Shown: piece after piece, positions 36,101 through 47,800 of the stretch
Layout of the letters: each line of letters begins with the position of its first letter
Position numbering within the stretch: the first letter of the stretch is position 1
Virus record (IMG/VR): IMGVR_UViG_3300021431_000113
Span: 12,167-76,166 of that record
Strand: one strand, 5' to 3'
DNA length: 64,000 nt
Origin: a virus
Taxonomy: Duplodnaviria; Caudoviricetes
Program-made: the position numbers and the translations under genes
Notes under the pieces: generated by a model
Told to the model about the DNA's origin: nothing
The model's input: the letters and a program-made list of their open reading frames with translations, nothing else
The model's database searches: none

Positions 36101-39100
36101 CCAGTTACTGCAATTGCTACTGGATTAATTGTAGCTTTAGGTGCAGCATTAATTATTACTGCAAAAGCACATGAAAAAGAACTTGAAGCAATAAGAGAAA
36201 GTAATAATGTAATTATTGAGCATAATGAAAAAGTTTTAGAAGAAGTTCATGCTAATCAACAAGTTATTGATTCTATGCAAGATTTGATTAATCAGTATAA
36301 GGATGGGACTTTATCTCAACAAGATTATATCAAACAAAAAAATGATTTAATTCAAGCTTTAGATAGAGAAGGTAGAGTAGCTTTAATTGCTGCGGATAAT
36401 TGGAAAGAAGCTCAAAAAGCTCTTTCAGATTATAAAGTAAGAGAAGCTGAGATTGCAAAAGAAAAAGCAAAAGAAAATGCAGAAGGCAGTTTTGAAAATG
36501 TCTTAACTGGATTAGATAAAGGCGCTGGTTCTTATGATGAAGATAAAGAAGAATTTAGTTTACAGGATAGACAAGTAGGAGAAGAAGGTAAACTTGCAGT
36601 TGAAGCAATTATAGCAGAAATTCGTGCGCAAGGGTTAAATCCAGATGATATTATTGAAATTATTAACTATAAAGATAGCCAAGGTAATGATCAAACAGAT
36701 GTGCGATTAAAAGTTGGAGTCGAAGATGGTGAAGTATTTCAAGCTTTTATTAATGCTGTTGATAAAATACAAAGTGAAGGTAATTATGAAGTACCTTCAG
36801 ATATTGCAAAAAAAGCAAAACAAACTAAAAAAGATGAAAATTATAATAAATGGCAAGAAAGCCAGACAGAATATTTAACACAAGCTGAAGCTGAGGCGGG
36901 CGCGCGTTCAGGTATTGATTATGCTCAGAATTTAGAAGAGGGTAAAGAAGCCTATGAGAAATTTACTCAAGATTTAATTGAAAATGAAGGATATACTCTT
37001 GATCAAGCTGAAGAAGCATGGGTTAAATATTTAAGTGGATTAGATTCTGAAATCGCTAAGCGTATGGTTGAAACTCAAGCTAATTTTGATGTGATGACTA
37101 AATCTTTTTTAGCTACTTATCAAGGAGATGCTTCAACTTCTGATTATGTTGAAAAAGCAAAGGAAATTCAAGAAGAGCTTGAAGCTATGGGGCTTAGTGA
37201 AGGAATAGGTAAAGTTGATTCCGATGAATGGTTAAATTGGATTACTTCTGGTTTTTCTGTCGATCAAATTGCAGAAGAAATAAGAAAAAGGTTACATGAT
37301 AGTTTAGTTCAAGGATTTGGAGAATTTAAAGAGTCTGCTTCAGATATTTCAAATAATATGCAACAGTTAATTTCAGAAGGAATTAAAGGAGAAGTTGATA
37401 CTTCTGATAAAGGAGTTTATCAATCTTTAAAAGACGATGTTCAAACTTTAATTGAATACTATCCTGAATTAACAGATCAAGCAAATACATTTTTAAATGA
37501 AAGTATTATAGGTACTGAAAAATGGACTCAAGCAGTTTATGATTTACAAGCCGCATTTGATACATTAGAATTAGATAAATTAACAGAAAATTATCGTAAA
37601 GATTTAGAGAAACTTCATAATCAAATAGAACAGATTGGCAAACAAGAAACTGTTTATGATGATAAAGGTTTTGCTACTTCTAAAACAATTATAGTAGAAC
37701 CAGATACTCAAAAATTTACAGAAACAGTTGAACAAATTATGAGCGATGACTATTCTATTAATATGGAAATTCATGCGGATATTACAGATGATTTTGATAA
37801 TTTAGTATCTAGCATGGAAAAAATGGATAGTATGACTTCAAAAATTGGTGAAGATTTTATTGTTTCTGCAGAAGATATAACTGAATTAGCTGAAAGCTAT
37901 CCTGGCATATTAGAAGGTTATACTGATTTAGGAAACGGTACTATTCAGTTAAATGAAGAAATTGCTAAATCTGCTATGAATGCGGCAAGTGAAGCAGAAA
38001 TTGCTTCAACAGAAGAACTAAAAACAGAAATAGAGAACACTAATAAAAAATTAAGAGTTAAACAAAATCATTATAAAACAATTGTTGATTTAGCAACTAA
38101 AGGTGCTGAAGATGAAGCAAATGCCGAAGAATATAAAAATAAAATTGTTACTGAATTAGATGAAATTGAAGTTATAAATAATGATTTAAAAACTCAAGAA
38201 ATAGTTGATAATGCTTTAACTGTTGCAGATGATAGTGCTCAAAATGCTCAAATAGTATCTCAAAATTGGGAGAGTGCTTATCAAAATATGGCTGATGCAT
38301 CAGAAAAAGCTGCTCAAGTGGCTATCGAAAATGCTAAACAAGTAGTTGCTGCAAATAAAGGTGAAGATGCTTCAGCTGTTCATGGAGATGTTAAAACTAA
38401 TTGGACCGGAGAAACAGGTAATAAAACAACAATAGATACAACAACTCCTGATATGAAACAAGCTGAAGAAAGCAATAAAGAATATTTTAACCGTATGAAA
38501 AAGATGGCTCAAGATAATTACGATGCTTTAGAAAAAGAAATAAATGCTAACGAAGCTATGAAAGTTGAAGCAGTAGCTAGACTTGGAAAATCTGTTGATA
38601 TAAATACAAATACGGGTAAGAAAAAAGAAGATAGTGCTTCATCTGCATCCAAAAAAGAAGCACAACATGAAGATTATCTTGAGCGCGAAGTAGATTTATA
38701 TCGTGAAGTAAATGAACAGCTTGAACAGATTGAATCTACTCTTGGTCGTATTCAAAAACAAAACAGTTATAAATGGGGTAAGGATCTTCAAAAAGGTCTT
38801 GAACGTGAGAATAAATTACTCGATCAGCAATTAGATAAATTAAAGCAAAAAGCTGAAATCCAAAAAGGTGATCTCGCCCAGCGGAGAGCTAGCCTTGAAG
38901 CACAGGGTATCCAATTTAGTAAAGATGGTAGTTCTATGAAAAATGCTGAAGCTACATTAGATAAAATGTACGCTCAGTATAATTCAATGGTTGATACTTA
39001 TAATGCTATGAGCGCAGACCAACAAGAAGAATATAAGAAACAACTTGAAGCTAAGAAAAAAGACATTGACAAGATGGAGAATGACTTAAAGAATTATGAA

Positions 39101-41752
39101 AGTCTTTTTGGTGAATATCAAAGTATTTTAGATGAACTTCAAGAACTTCATTATAAACAAATTGAAAATGCAGTTGAGCGTTTTAATAATATGGTAGATG
39201 TTCATCTTGAATTAGACGATGCTAAAAAAGAATGGAATGATTTTTGGTATGAGGTTGTTCAAGATGTTGATGATACTGATTTTGGTGGTAAGATTGCTCA
39301 AAGTATAAGTAAACTTCAAACTTTAGTTGGTTTAAACGGAAAAGCTAGTAAGAGTGAAATTGCTGAATTAACTAATCACCTTAATGATACGGTTGATGAA
39401 GTAACTAAGCAAATAGCATCTCGTAAGCGCGGAGGCGAAGATAGTTTATTTGAAGATGCTACAAAATTATCTAAAGAAAATCTTGAGAAGTATCGTGATC
39501 AGTTAATGGATGCGGTGCGCAAAGCCAAAGAAGAAGTAGATAATATTGCTGAAAATTATACAAAAATACTTGAAAGCGCAAAAGACTTAATAGATGAACA
39601 AGTTGATGGACTTGAAGCTATATCAGATCATCTTGAGCATAATATTGAATTATTCAAGATTGTGGAAGGTGTAAATGCTTATGGTCCAGTTATCAAAGAG
39701 TATGAGAAATTATATCAGAATGATTTAAAATTACTTAACACTCAAAGACAGAGTAAAGAGTTCTGGGCAGGTGAAATTGACAGATATGAGAAGTTGTTAG
39801 CTACTACGGAAGAAGGAACTGTTCAATGGAAAACTTATAGTGAAAACTTAAAAACAGCAAGTGAGAATTATAAGAAATCTGTTCAAGACCTAGATAAAAC
39901 ACTTGAAGAAACTTTAAAGCATTTAGATGAACTTCGCAAAAATCAAACCGAAGTTATTTTTAATGAACTTGATAAGACTTTAAGTAAAGGTCGCGGATTA
40001 GATATGGTTGAGGAAGAGTGGAAACTCATTAATGATTTAAGTAACAGATACTTAGATAATGTAGAGCGTGCACTTGAAACTGAATTATATACTAATGACC
40101 TTGAAAAAGCTGCTAATGCTATTGGCTTAAGTGCAGAAAATCAAGCTAAATTAAATAGTTTTATGGATGATGAGCTAACTAAATTAAAAGCAAAGAATAA
40201 GTTAACTCAATATGATATTGATGAATCTCGCGCTAGGCTTGCTATATTACAAGCAGAAATTGCTCTTGAAGAACAGCGTAATAATAAGAGTAAGATGCGT
40301 CTTAGACGTGATTCTCAAGGTAATTATAACTATCAATATGTTGGTGATGAGCAGGCTATTGAAGATGCTGAAAATGGTGTGCTTACTGCGAAGAAAGAAT
40401 GGTATGAACTTGTTAAGAAGAGATATAAAGATGTTCATGATTATACTATTGAATTAAGAAAACAAGAAGTAGAGTATAATCGACAAGCAAATGAAGCTGA
40501 AGCAAATAATGATTATGAAAAAGCTGAATTTTTAAGAAGTCTTGCTGAAGAAGTTAAAAAAGAGATTGAACAAAATAATTCAGAGATTGGTAAAAATACT
40601 CAAGATTTAATTTTTGGTACAGCTCAATATTTTGCTGAGGTTGAAAATGCTTCAATACTTCCTACTAGTAGTACTGTTGCAGCAACTCTTATTGATGATT
40701 TTGATAGTGTAGAAAAGGCTGTTACAAAAGCTGTTAAAGAATTAGATCGTGTTCAAACAGAATATGTTAAAAATACTCAAGACGCTATAAGTGAAGCTGG
40801 CGTTGAGTATGAGCAACTTCGTGAAGATGGTATTGACCCAACTACTGAATCTCTTGAAGACTTAGTTGATACTCAAGAAGATTTAGCTGATAAACTTGAA
40901 GATGTCAATGATGAGTTAGATACTCAAGAAGAAAATCTTAAAAAATGCGAAGACGCTTACCGTAACTTAAAGGATGCTGCAGTTGATGCTATTGAAGCTG
41001 CTAATACAGCTTTAGAAAAATTATCACAGACAGCTATTGATACTCAGCAGAAAGTTGCGGCATCTGTTGCGGCAGCACAGTCAGCAGCTAATGCAAGTGC
41101 AAGTGGCGGTTCTAGCAGTTATGGAGGAGGGTCTAGTTCAGGACAAGAACAAAATGGTGCTACTACTGGAACCCATTCATATAGAGTTGTTCCAGCTAAT
41201 CCAAATTTGCCTTATTCTGGATTATTCAAAATTGTAGATGAAAATGGAACAAGAGCTCCTGGAACTGATGAAGGAACGTTAAAAGACTTACAAAAATACA
41301 AAAAGAAATATAATATTACAGGTCTTAAAACAGGAGGTTATACTGGAGACTGGTCTGGTGAGAAAGGAAAACTTGCTATTCTCCATCAAAAAGAACTTGT
41401 TCTTAACGAATCTGATACAAGTAATATTTTAAGTGCTGTTAAATCTATTAGAGAAATTGTTGGTAATGGAATTAATTCTGTAAAATTTGATGGAATTGCG
41501 GATGCAATAGTTAAAATGAGTGCTATGCAAGCTAGTATGCTATCTCAAATTAGTCAAAGTACTTTAGGAGCATTAGCTTCAACTATTAATAACAATAATT
41601 CAGAAGTACAAAATTACAAAAACATGACTATTAATGCAGATTTCAGTGGAGTGCGTAGTGCAGATGCTATTTATCAAGCTTTACGTGAACTTGAAAATTA
41701 TGGTATGCAACAGAGTTATTCAGTTGCTCCACATAATAACACAAGTTATTAA
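33188..41752 (+). CDS. Tape measure protein (2854 aa)
   Basis: TP901-type TMP core (DIRIVTG...LAAVAATTASD) and long coiled coils; C-terminal TGGYTG...LHQKELVLN. Confidence 0.9.
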   Translation: MANGGRIDFTIGYKVDKTGLNDMKKQLEDISKMSATQIKIDNPSLNMKEAMSAMQKVRIAVDEIKPALDKSFDTTTGIVNLEKLRNSLQKLNLSEIQNRFNAIGPKGQQAFLNISKAALTTNVNLKQTSSLVDKMGQTLVNTLKWSFSSSIINKFTGAIQQAYGYVQHLDTSLNDIRIVTGKSADEMDRFAEKANNAAKALGASTTEYTEAALIYYQQGLSDEEAQARAETTLKAANVTGQTGREVSEELTAVWNGYKVTAEETELYVDKLAAVAATTASDLEELSTGMSKVASAANAMGVDVDQLNGMLSTIISVTRQAPETAGTALKTIFARIEDLKISGEDEDGVKLGEVSSTLDEVGVHIMDVNGDIRDLGEVIEEVAGKWDTWTDAQQTAIAQAMAGKRQYNNLLALFNNWDMYSDAVETSRNSMGTLQEQQDIYMESTAAHLQQLKTEWEDLYDSVLDNKDLNVLIDGLTKVLNLFTNIIDAVGGGKTLFTGLIALIGTKFSKQISEAFSPLIINMQNAKKNAEILSKLLQNIDVQQKNGVIGGRAATAMAKAQKEMSQYWELMSEEQINASQQTIKEIGEWEDKAEAIDLAEAALRKYVDERLKIPKADADNFKSDSLFNVGSTANTQAIQFFETQIEQIQQIQQNYKQLGNTISAVNNKIQAGDTSSGLLKGLASQLVQAKKNVKELQTLAKKGLIPKEIATEAQKNVSELYQRFRKLKTQIDEVNATEKELTKTQKELVKAQKGDKNGVVDVAKVEEAKKKVEELTKKIQRLKNDLKNSSKGYLFTDEMIKTLPRIGGQIDKTSQQYKTYIKLLKEAGLSAEEAALHIEQLDASLNKNDLAIQKKTQNITQLIGGFASLVFAMQSLSNIGDIFDNEDLSITERFGQIVTSLAIGVPMLVSALQGLKGELIGLLIPKAANLLADEGEIEATVALEVAKYGEAAAHDANTAAIIRERAAKLLLNPVTAIATGLIVALGAALIITAKAHEKELEAIRESNNVIIEHNEKVLEEVHANQQVIDSMQDLINQYKDGTLSQQDYIKQKNDLIQALDREGRVALIAADNWKEAQKALSDYKVREAEIAKEKAKENAEGSFENVLTGLDKGAGSYDEDKEEFSLQDRQVGEEGKLAVEAIIAEIRAQGLNPDDIIEIINYKDSQGNDQTDVRLKVGVEDGEVFQAFINAVDKIQSEGNYEVPSDIAKKAKQTKKDENYNKWQESQTEYLTQAEAEAGARSGIDYAQNLEEGKEAYEKFTQDLIENEGYTLDQAEEAWVKYLSGLDSEIAKRMVETQANFDVMTKSFLATYQGDASTSDYVEKAKEIQEELEAMGLSEGIGKVDSDEWLNWITSGFSVDQIAEEIRKRLHDSLVQGFGEFKESASDISNNMQQLISEGIKGEVDTSDKGVYQSLKDDVQTLIEYYPELTDQANTFLNESIIGTEKWTQAVYDLQAAFDTLELDKLTENYRKDLEKLHNQIEQIGKQETVYDDKGFATSKTIIVEPDTQKFTETVEQIMSDDYSINMEIHADITDDFDNLVSSMEKMDSMTSKIGEDFIVSAEDITELAESYPGILEGYTDLGNGTIQLNEEIAKSAMNAASEAEIASTEELKTEIENTNKKLRVKQNHYKTIVDLATKGAEDEANAEEYKNKIVTELDEIEVINNDLKTQEIVDNALTVADDSAQNAQIVSQNWESAYQNMADASEKAAQVAIENAKQVVAANKGEDASAVHGDVKTNWTGETGNKTTIDTTTPDMKQAEESNKEYFNRMKKMAQDNYDALEKEINANEAMKVEAVARLGKSVDINTNTGKKKEDSASSASKKEAQHEDYLEREVDLYREVNEQLEQIESTLGRIQKQNSYKWGKDLQKGLERENKLLDQQLDKLKQKAEIQKGDLAQRRASLEAQGIQFSKDGSSMKNAEATLDKMYAQYNSMVDTYNAMSADQQEEYKKQLEAKKKDIDKMENDLKNYESLFGEYQSILDELQELHYKQIENAVERFNNMVDVHLELDDAKKEWNDFWYEVVQDVDDTDFGGKIAQSISKLQTLVGLNGKASKSEIAELTNHLNDTVDEVTKQIASRKRGGEDSLFEDATKLSKENLEKYRDQLMDAVRKAKEEVDNIAENYTKILESAKDLIDEQVDGLEAISDHLEHNIELFKIVEGVNAYGPVIKEYEKLYQNDLKLLNTQRQSKEFWAGEIDRYEKLLATTEEGTVQWKTYSENLKTASENYKKSVQDLDKTLEETLKHLDELRKNQTEVIFNELDKTLSKGRGLDMVEEEWKLINDLSNRYLDNVERALETELYTNDLEKAANAIGLSAENQAKLNSFMDDELTKLKAKNKLTQYDIDESRARLAILQAEIALEEQRNNKSKMRLRRDSQGNYNYQYVGDEQAIEDAENGVLTAKKEWYELVKKRYKDVHDYTIELRKQEVEYNRQANEAEANNDYEKAEFLRSLAEEVKKEIEQNNSEIGKNTQDLIFGTAQYFAEVENASILPTSSTVAATLIDDFDSVEKAVTKAVKELDRVQTEYVKNTQDAISEAGVEYEQLREDGIDPTTESLEDLVDTQEDLADKLEDVNDELDTQEENLKKCEDAYRNLKDAAVDAIEAANTALEKLSQTAIDTQQKVAASVAAAQSAANASASGGSSSYGGGSSSGQEQNGATTGTHSYRVVPANPNLPYSGLFKIVDENGTRAPGTDEGTLKDLQKYKKKYNITGLKTGGYTGDWSGEKGKLAILHQKELVLNESDTSNILSAVKSIREIVGNGINSVKFDGIADAIVKMSAMQASMLSQISQSTLGALASTINNNNSEVQNYKNMTINADFSGVRSADAIYQALRELENYGMQQSYSVAPHNNTSY

Positions 41753-41756
41753 AATC

Positions 41757-41801
41757 ATGCGGCAGGTGCTAGAATTTTAGCACTTTGCCGCATCTTTTTT
41801 T
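41757..41801 (+). terminator. Intrinsic terminator
   Basis: ATGCGGCA..GTGCTA/TAGCAC..TGCCGCAT stem plus T-run. Confidence 0.8.
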
Positions 41802-41843
41802 GGTCAAAAATATTTAGTTTTATTTAAATAAATTCTATATATT
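41802..41843 (+). promoter_or_regulatory. Candidate phage-specific promoter (copy 3)
   Basis: GGTCA-N5-ATTTAG-N20-TATATT directly after a terminator. Confidence 0.4.
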
Positions 41844-41882
41844 TTATAGAATAAAAATGAGAAAAAAGGAGGGGTTCTGTTA

Positions 41883-44800
41883 ATGACGCATATTGATAAT
41901 TCACAGAATATGTCTGTTGAACAAGTTAAAGAACATTTAACTAATTTAATTAATAAGCAAGCTAAAAAAGTTGCTTCAGAAGGCAATTATGATAGAACTA
42001 TTTTAGCTACAATTCAATATTGTTCTAATGCAGTTTTAGGTCAATATAAAATTAAATATCAAAATGGATATTATTCTGCATATGCTTTAGACACTACTGT
42101 TAAATACAGTAATGGTGCGGCTGTGTATGTAACAGTGCCTGGAAATGATTTAAGTAATCGTTTATTTATTCAAGGTCTTGCTACAAATGATAGTACACAA
42201 AAAACATATTTGACAAACCTTGAAGGTGATCAGCAATATGTTACAACAGGACCAAACATAATCAACAGTATTATCTATGATAATGGTGATAATTTTGGTT
42301 TGTCTAGCTATTGGGACATGACTGAGGGTAGAGAAGTAACATATTACAATTATGATTGGATAAATGACCCAGAGCAGTTTCAAAATAATAAAATAACTTT
42401 ATTAGATATTGGACAAATAACTCACTCTATTCGTAATGGAGATGGTTTTATTCGTTTTGGCGGTGATTTTAAAACAAATTTACCTAACGAAAGAAAATTA
42501 CAAGGTGATTATGGTATTAGATTAGTTCTTGTTTTTGATAAGATTGATCCTATAACGCAAGAAGCTACAGAATATACAGAAACATATGAATTGAATACTT
42601 TTAGGATGGATGGTACTCCATTTGAATTTAATGAATATGCTTCTCGATATGAATATTTTGAAATAGATAAAGAGAATTTTAAACGTATCCAATCTATATC
42701 TGCTTTTGTAACTGGTTTTCCGCAAGGAATACAACCAAGTGATACCTATAGAGATATTTTTATAAAGAATATTAGTTTATATTCTGCATTAAAGATGTAT
42801 GATGCAGTTGCTAACGATGATTATGTTGTAAAAGTATTAACACCTAAAGGTACTTCATTTGGATTAGACGATTCTATTAGTTCTCTTCCTCTTGAAGCAT
42901 TATTTACTGTTAGAGGTAATGAAGTTGAACCTTCACAAAATGTTCAATATTTTTGGGCGAAAAAGAATATTAATGTAAAAAGTGTTGGAGATCCTAAGTA
43001 TTTACATTATTTTGGTGCGGGATGGCAATGTTTAAATAAATCTGAAATAACTCGCACAAACAAAGAAGAAATAACAGAAGAAGATTTAAAAAATTATATA
43101 ATTGATTCCACTGATTATCCATCAGGATATGTTGGCGTATTACATTGGTTGAGTTCACAAAAAATCAACATACAAAAAGAGTTATGTTTAGGTAGACAAA
43201 CTACTATAAAATGTTGTGTTGTTTATGAAAATCAAATATATTTTAGTAGAGAATATACGATAACTAATTATAATGGATATTATTTAATATTAAACTCTAC
43301 TAACGGAACTGAGTTTTTTAACGGAAAAGGTTACACTTCTATTATAGCTGGAGTATTTAAAACTGAAGTAGTTGGTTCTGGTGATGCGGCAACATTTAAA
43401 CCTAATCCAGAACCTTATTCAATTAGTAATAATATAGTATATAAATGGGAAATTGTTAATAATGGAGTTACAATAAATCTTCCAACTACAACTTCTTCAA
43501 TCTTATATAAAAGTCAACCTTTATGGCATTATGATGAGGAATTAGGTGGTTTTCAAGATAATATTAAAACTACTGTAAATGAATCTAAAGGATACTTAAA
43601 TGCTTTAGCTAATAAAACACAAATAAACGTAACACTTTTAGAATGTTGTATTGAACGTTTTAATTACTACAATACTTGGATTAACAATTATACGGGAAAC
43701 ACAAGTGCAGCAGATTATGTTAATTCAGTTGAAAAAAGAAATAACATTGTGAATCATTGGAAAGCCTTTTTAGATGATCAATTTAATGTAGATTTTAAGA
43801 ATGAATTAGGATTATACGTATTAGGTCCAGCTAATGTTACGGCAAAGTATAATGGATACACCACAGAACAATTAAAGTATTTTTATGACAATAACATTGA
43901 TCCTCTTGAAGCTAACCCAAATCCAGTTGGAATAGATACTATAACTTATAATTATAGTGACCAACCTTTTGATGAAAATGAGCAAAATACATTATATAAT
44001 TTTAGGGTTGGAGATATTATCCAGCAAGCAACAATAAGAGTTACTGCTTTAGTTAAAGATGGAAATAGTTATGAATCTTTAGAAACCAAAGAGATTTATT
44101 TAAATAATAATGAAGGAACTGATTTAAGATATAATTTAGAGATTGTTAATGGTAATAATACTTTTCAATATGATGCTGGCGGGCTTGCTCCTAAAATGAC
44201 AATACGACCATTGAGTTATAGATTATATAGTCAAGATGGTAGTTTAATTTTGGATAGTGCAGCAGATGACTCTGATATAGTTATAACTAACACTAAACCA
44301 AAATGGAGTTTTTATAGAGCATCTAGTTTAATAACTACTAAATATAGTGAAGACTTAACCAGTGAGTATTTATATGATCCAGATATACCTGGAAAGGTAT
44401 CTGTTTTAAATAGAGCAAAATTTGATTTTAACATTGCAGAAGAGTATAATGTTAATTATAAAGAAAGAAGTAATATTGAGTTAACAATTACTTATCAAGG
44501 TACTCGATATAATGCTTCTACAAATTTCACTTTTACAAAACAAGGTGATTTAGGTACTAATGGGACGAATATGGTTCTTGATATACAAGACCCAATCTAT
44601 GAACAGTATCGTTCAGACGTATTAACAGATAAAATGTTTTCAATGATGACGGATGGTTTTGATTCAAAAATATCTTCATCTCCAAATGAAAGACATTTAA
44701 AAAATACTTATTTATATGCAACAAGAGTTTATAATGATGATGGTGAGGGAAATCCTCAAGAGGCTTTAAGTTTTGATGAAGGTACTTTTTGTAATTTAAA

Positions 44801-47800
44801 ATTTGCACATGGTGTAAACGAAAACCAGGAGTATACGCCAGATAAACCAAGACACTTTAACGTAGTTGGATCTACTACAACTACATTATATGGTTATTGG
44901 TATGAAAATGGAAATCAAACATTAATTAACGGTGATAATACATCAAAATGGCAATTAACATATACCGGATTACAAAAAGTTCAAAGTCAACATATTGGAG
45001 GTAGAAGTCCAATATACGATTTACCTTCATTCGGTATATCACCTACCCAAGGTTCATCTACTACTTTAACATTAACCCCGCCGGGTAATTTTGAAGAGGG
45101 CGTACCAATCTTTTATAAACCAATGGATGTTATTTATAGTAAAAATAATATAGATTATCAATGGACTGCAAATAATGTAGTTCAATGTTCAGCTTCTCGA
45201 AAAGCTCAAGAACAGATAGATCCAGCGACTGGTAACCCTATTATAAGAAGAAATCATGGCTATTATCAAATTCCATTTTTCTTTTATAGTTATTATGAAA
45301 ATCGAAACGGTGTATACGTAAACGTTACACCTGATGATCCTAATAAACCAGAAGGGGCTTTAGACCCCGCCCGTCATTTTGTTATTACTGGTGGTTATGA
45401 TGAAGTTTTATATGGTGCAGATGGACTTAATCCACAATATAACACACAACAACCTTTTACTTTAAATATATTTGATATAGATGGTAACAATATTACTGAT
45501 ACTGTATTTGACAGTAATAATGTTACTGTTACTTGGAATACTTCATACGGTTTTACTCGTCAACCTGTTGTAATAGGTTCTGTTCCTGCGTATAGTTCTT
45601 TTACAAGAGGTAAAAATCTATTTAATACATATTGTACTTATAATGGTAAAAAATATAAGTGTATTGTTCCTCATACTCCAGACCAGTATGTTGCAATAAG
45701 AGATGAAAAAACTAATGAAGTAATTAAAGAATATAATAAAAATCCTATAGGAAATAATGATTTTGATTTTATTACTCCTTATTGGGAAGAGGTTACTAAT
45801 AATTATTTCAAGCGTACTCAGAAGATAACTCCACCACCTTCCTATGAAGCTTGTGCTGTTAATAGTTTATTTAATTCATGGGTAAGTGTAAAACTTATTT
45901 ATGATACTGGAGAAATTAAAATTGAAGCAGCAGCTTTACTTCCTATCAATATATTATGTAATATGTATGGTTCAGATGAAATCAATGGATGGGATGGTAG
46001 AAAAACGGTTGTAGATGATGGTTATATTATTAGTAATAAGGTTGCAGCTGGTATAAAAGATGATAGTAATGTCTTTACAGGTATTACTATCGGTCAAAAA
46101 ATGATAACTAATGGAACTACTGATAAAACTGAAGTTGGTTTATTTGGTTATGGACGATATGCTAATAGTAATGTTGATGGTAGAACCGGTTATGGACAAA
46201 CTATATTTTTAGATGCTAAGACTGGACTTGCGGCGTTTGGTCCTCGTGGCTCCACGCAGATTATATTAAATCCTAAAATACCAGCTGAAAATACGATTGA
46301 AGAAAGTTGGTCAAGATTAGCTGGTTGGTATTTTAGTTCAAATTATTTATATAAGCCGTTATGGGCAGATGATAATTATTTATCTAGTACAGATGATAGT
46401 GGAAATAGTGATTATTATAATACAAATCCGCCCGATGCAGATGGTACAGTAATACCTGGTTCAATAGGTTTTTATGTACCTAGTTCAAAAAAGGCGGGTC
46501 AATTAACAAAAGATACAGTCTTTATGTGGGCTTCTGCAGCAGGTGTTACTTCTTCTTCTTTTGATGACGATGGTAAACTTACTGTTTTACAAGACTTAGT
46601 TCGTTCAATAAAAACTTTAATGCAAAGTGAAGGTTTTCCATTAGTATATCATACAAAAGTTGAGTCAATACAAATTATACCTATAGTTTTAACTAATTCT
46701 ACTATATCAAACTATACAATGCTCGCTTCTGTCTACGAAAGTAGTACACCTGTTATAACTGCTTTAAATGAATATAAAACAAGTTGGTTAGACATGATTG
46801 ATGCTATTCAAGAAGATGAAGAGGCTCATGATATATATGAAACAATAGTCGGTCAGATTAGCTCAATAAATGATCTCTTTAACGCGCAGCATTTTCCGCT
46901 AGTTACACGAGATGGTGTAGTGGTTCGACCTATCGTTGATGATGGTATCACTATTGAAAATTATCAAGATTTACTTAAGTGGTATGTAAATTCAAACGAA
47001 CCTAGAGTAACAGCATACTCAGATATGATTGAAAATTTAGCTATTAGTTTACAAAACTATGAACGTAATTATTATCAATTAGTTCATTATATGTATCGTA
47101 CTTTATCAGACTATCCTATTTTAATGGCTCAAAAACTTCAGGCTCTTAAAACAGCGATTGAAACTACGGGTATTAGAACAAAAAGTATAAGTACATGGAA
47201 TATAGATAATCCTTATATATTTATATATAATGCAGATAAAGTTACCATTGATAATTTTGAAGAAATATCTTTATATTACATTAGACCAGCATATAGTGCC
47301 GGAGAAGTTCCAAGAGAAAAACTAAATATACTTAATGATAAATTTGGAGATTATCTTGAACTGCATAACGAATACGAAGAATGGAAGGCTAGCTTTGAAG
47401 GTCAGGGCGCTGCTATTAGTTATACAGATAGCAATTCTAAAAAAATGGATGCTAATTTTTATGTTACTTATGGCGGCAAGATGAAATGTAATAACGCAGA
47501 AGTTGCAGGTAAAATTACTGCAAGGTCTGGAGCTATTGGAGAAGGAACTAGAGGTACTTTGCAAATAGCTACATATCATTATGACAGTGAGACTCAAAGA
47601 AATCAATATTATTTATTATATAACCCTGTATTTCAAGTTAAAGGTTCTGATGAAGGAACTGCAACTGAGCCTTCTGTATTCATAGATGGTACCATTAGAG
47701 CTAAATCTGGTCAGATTGGTAAGACAGGAAACGTTGATGGAAAGGCTAATGGCACTTTATTTATAGAGTATGCTTGGTATCCATGGAATCTACCGAGTGA

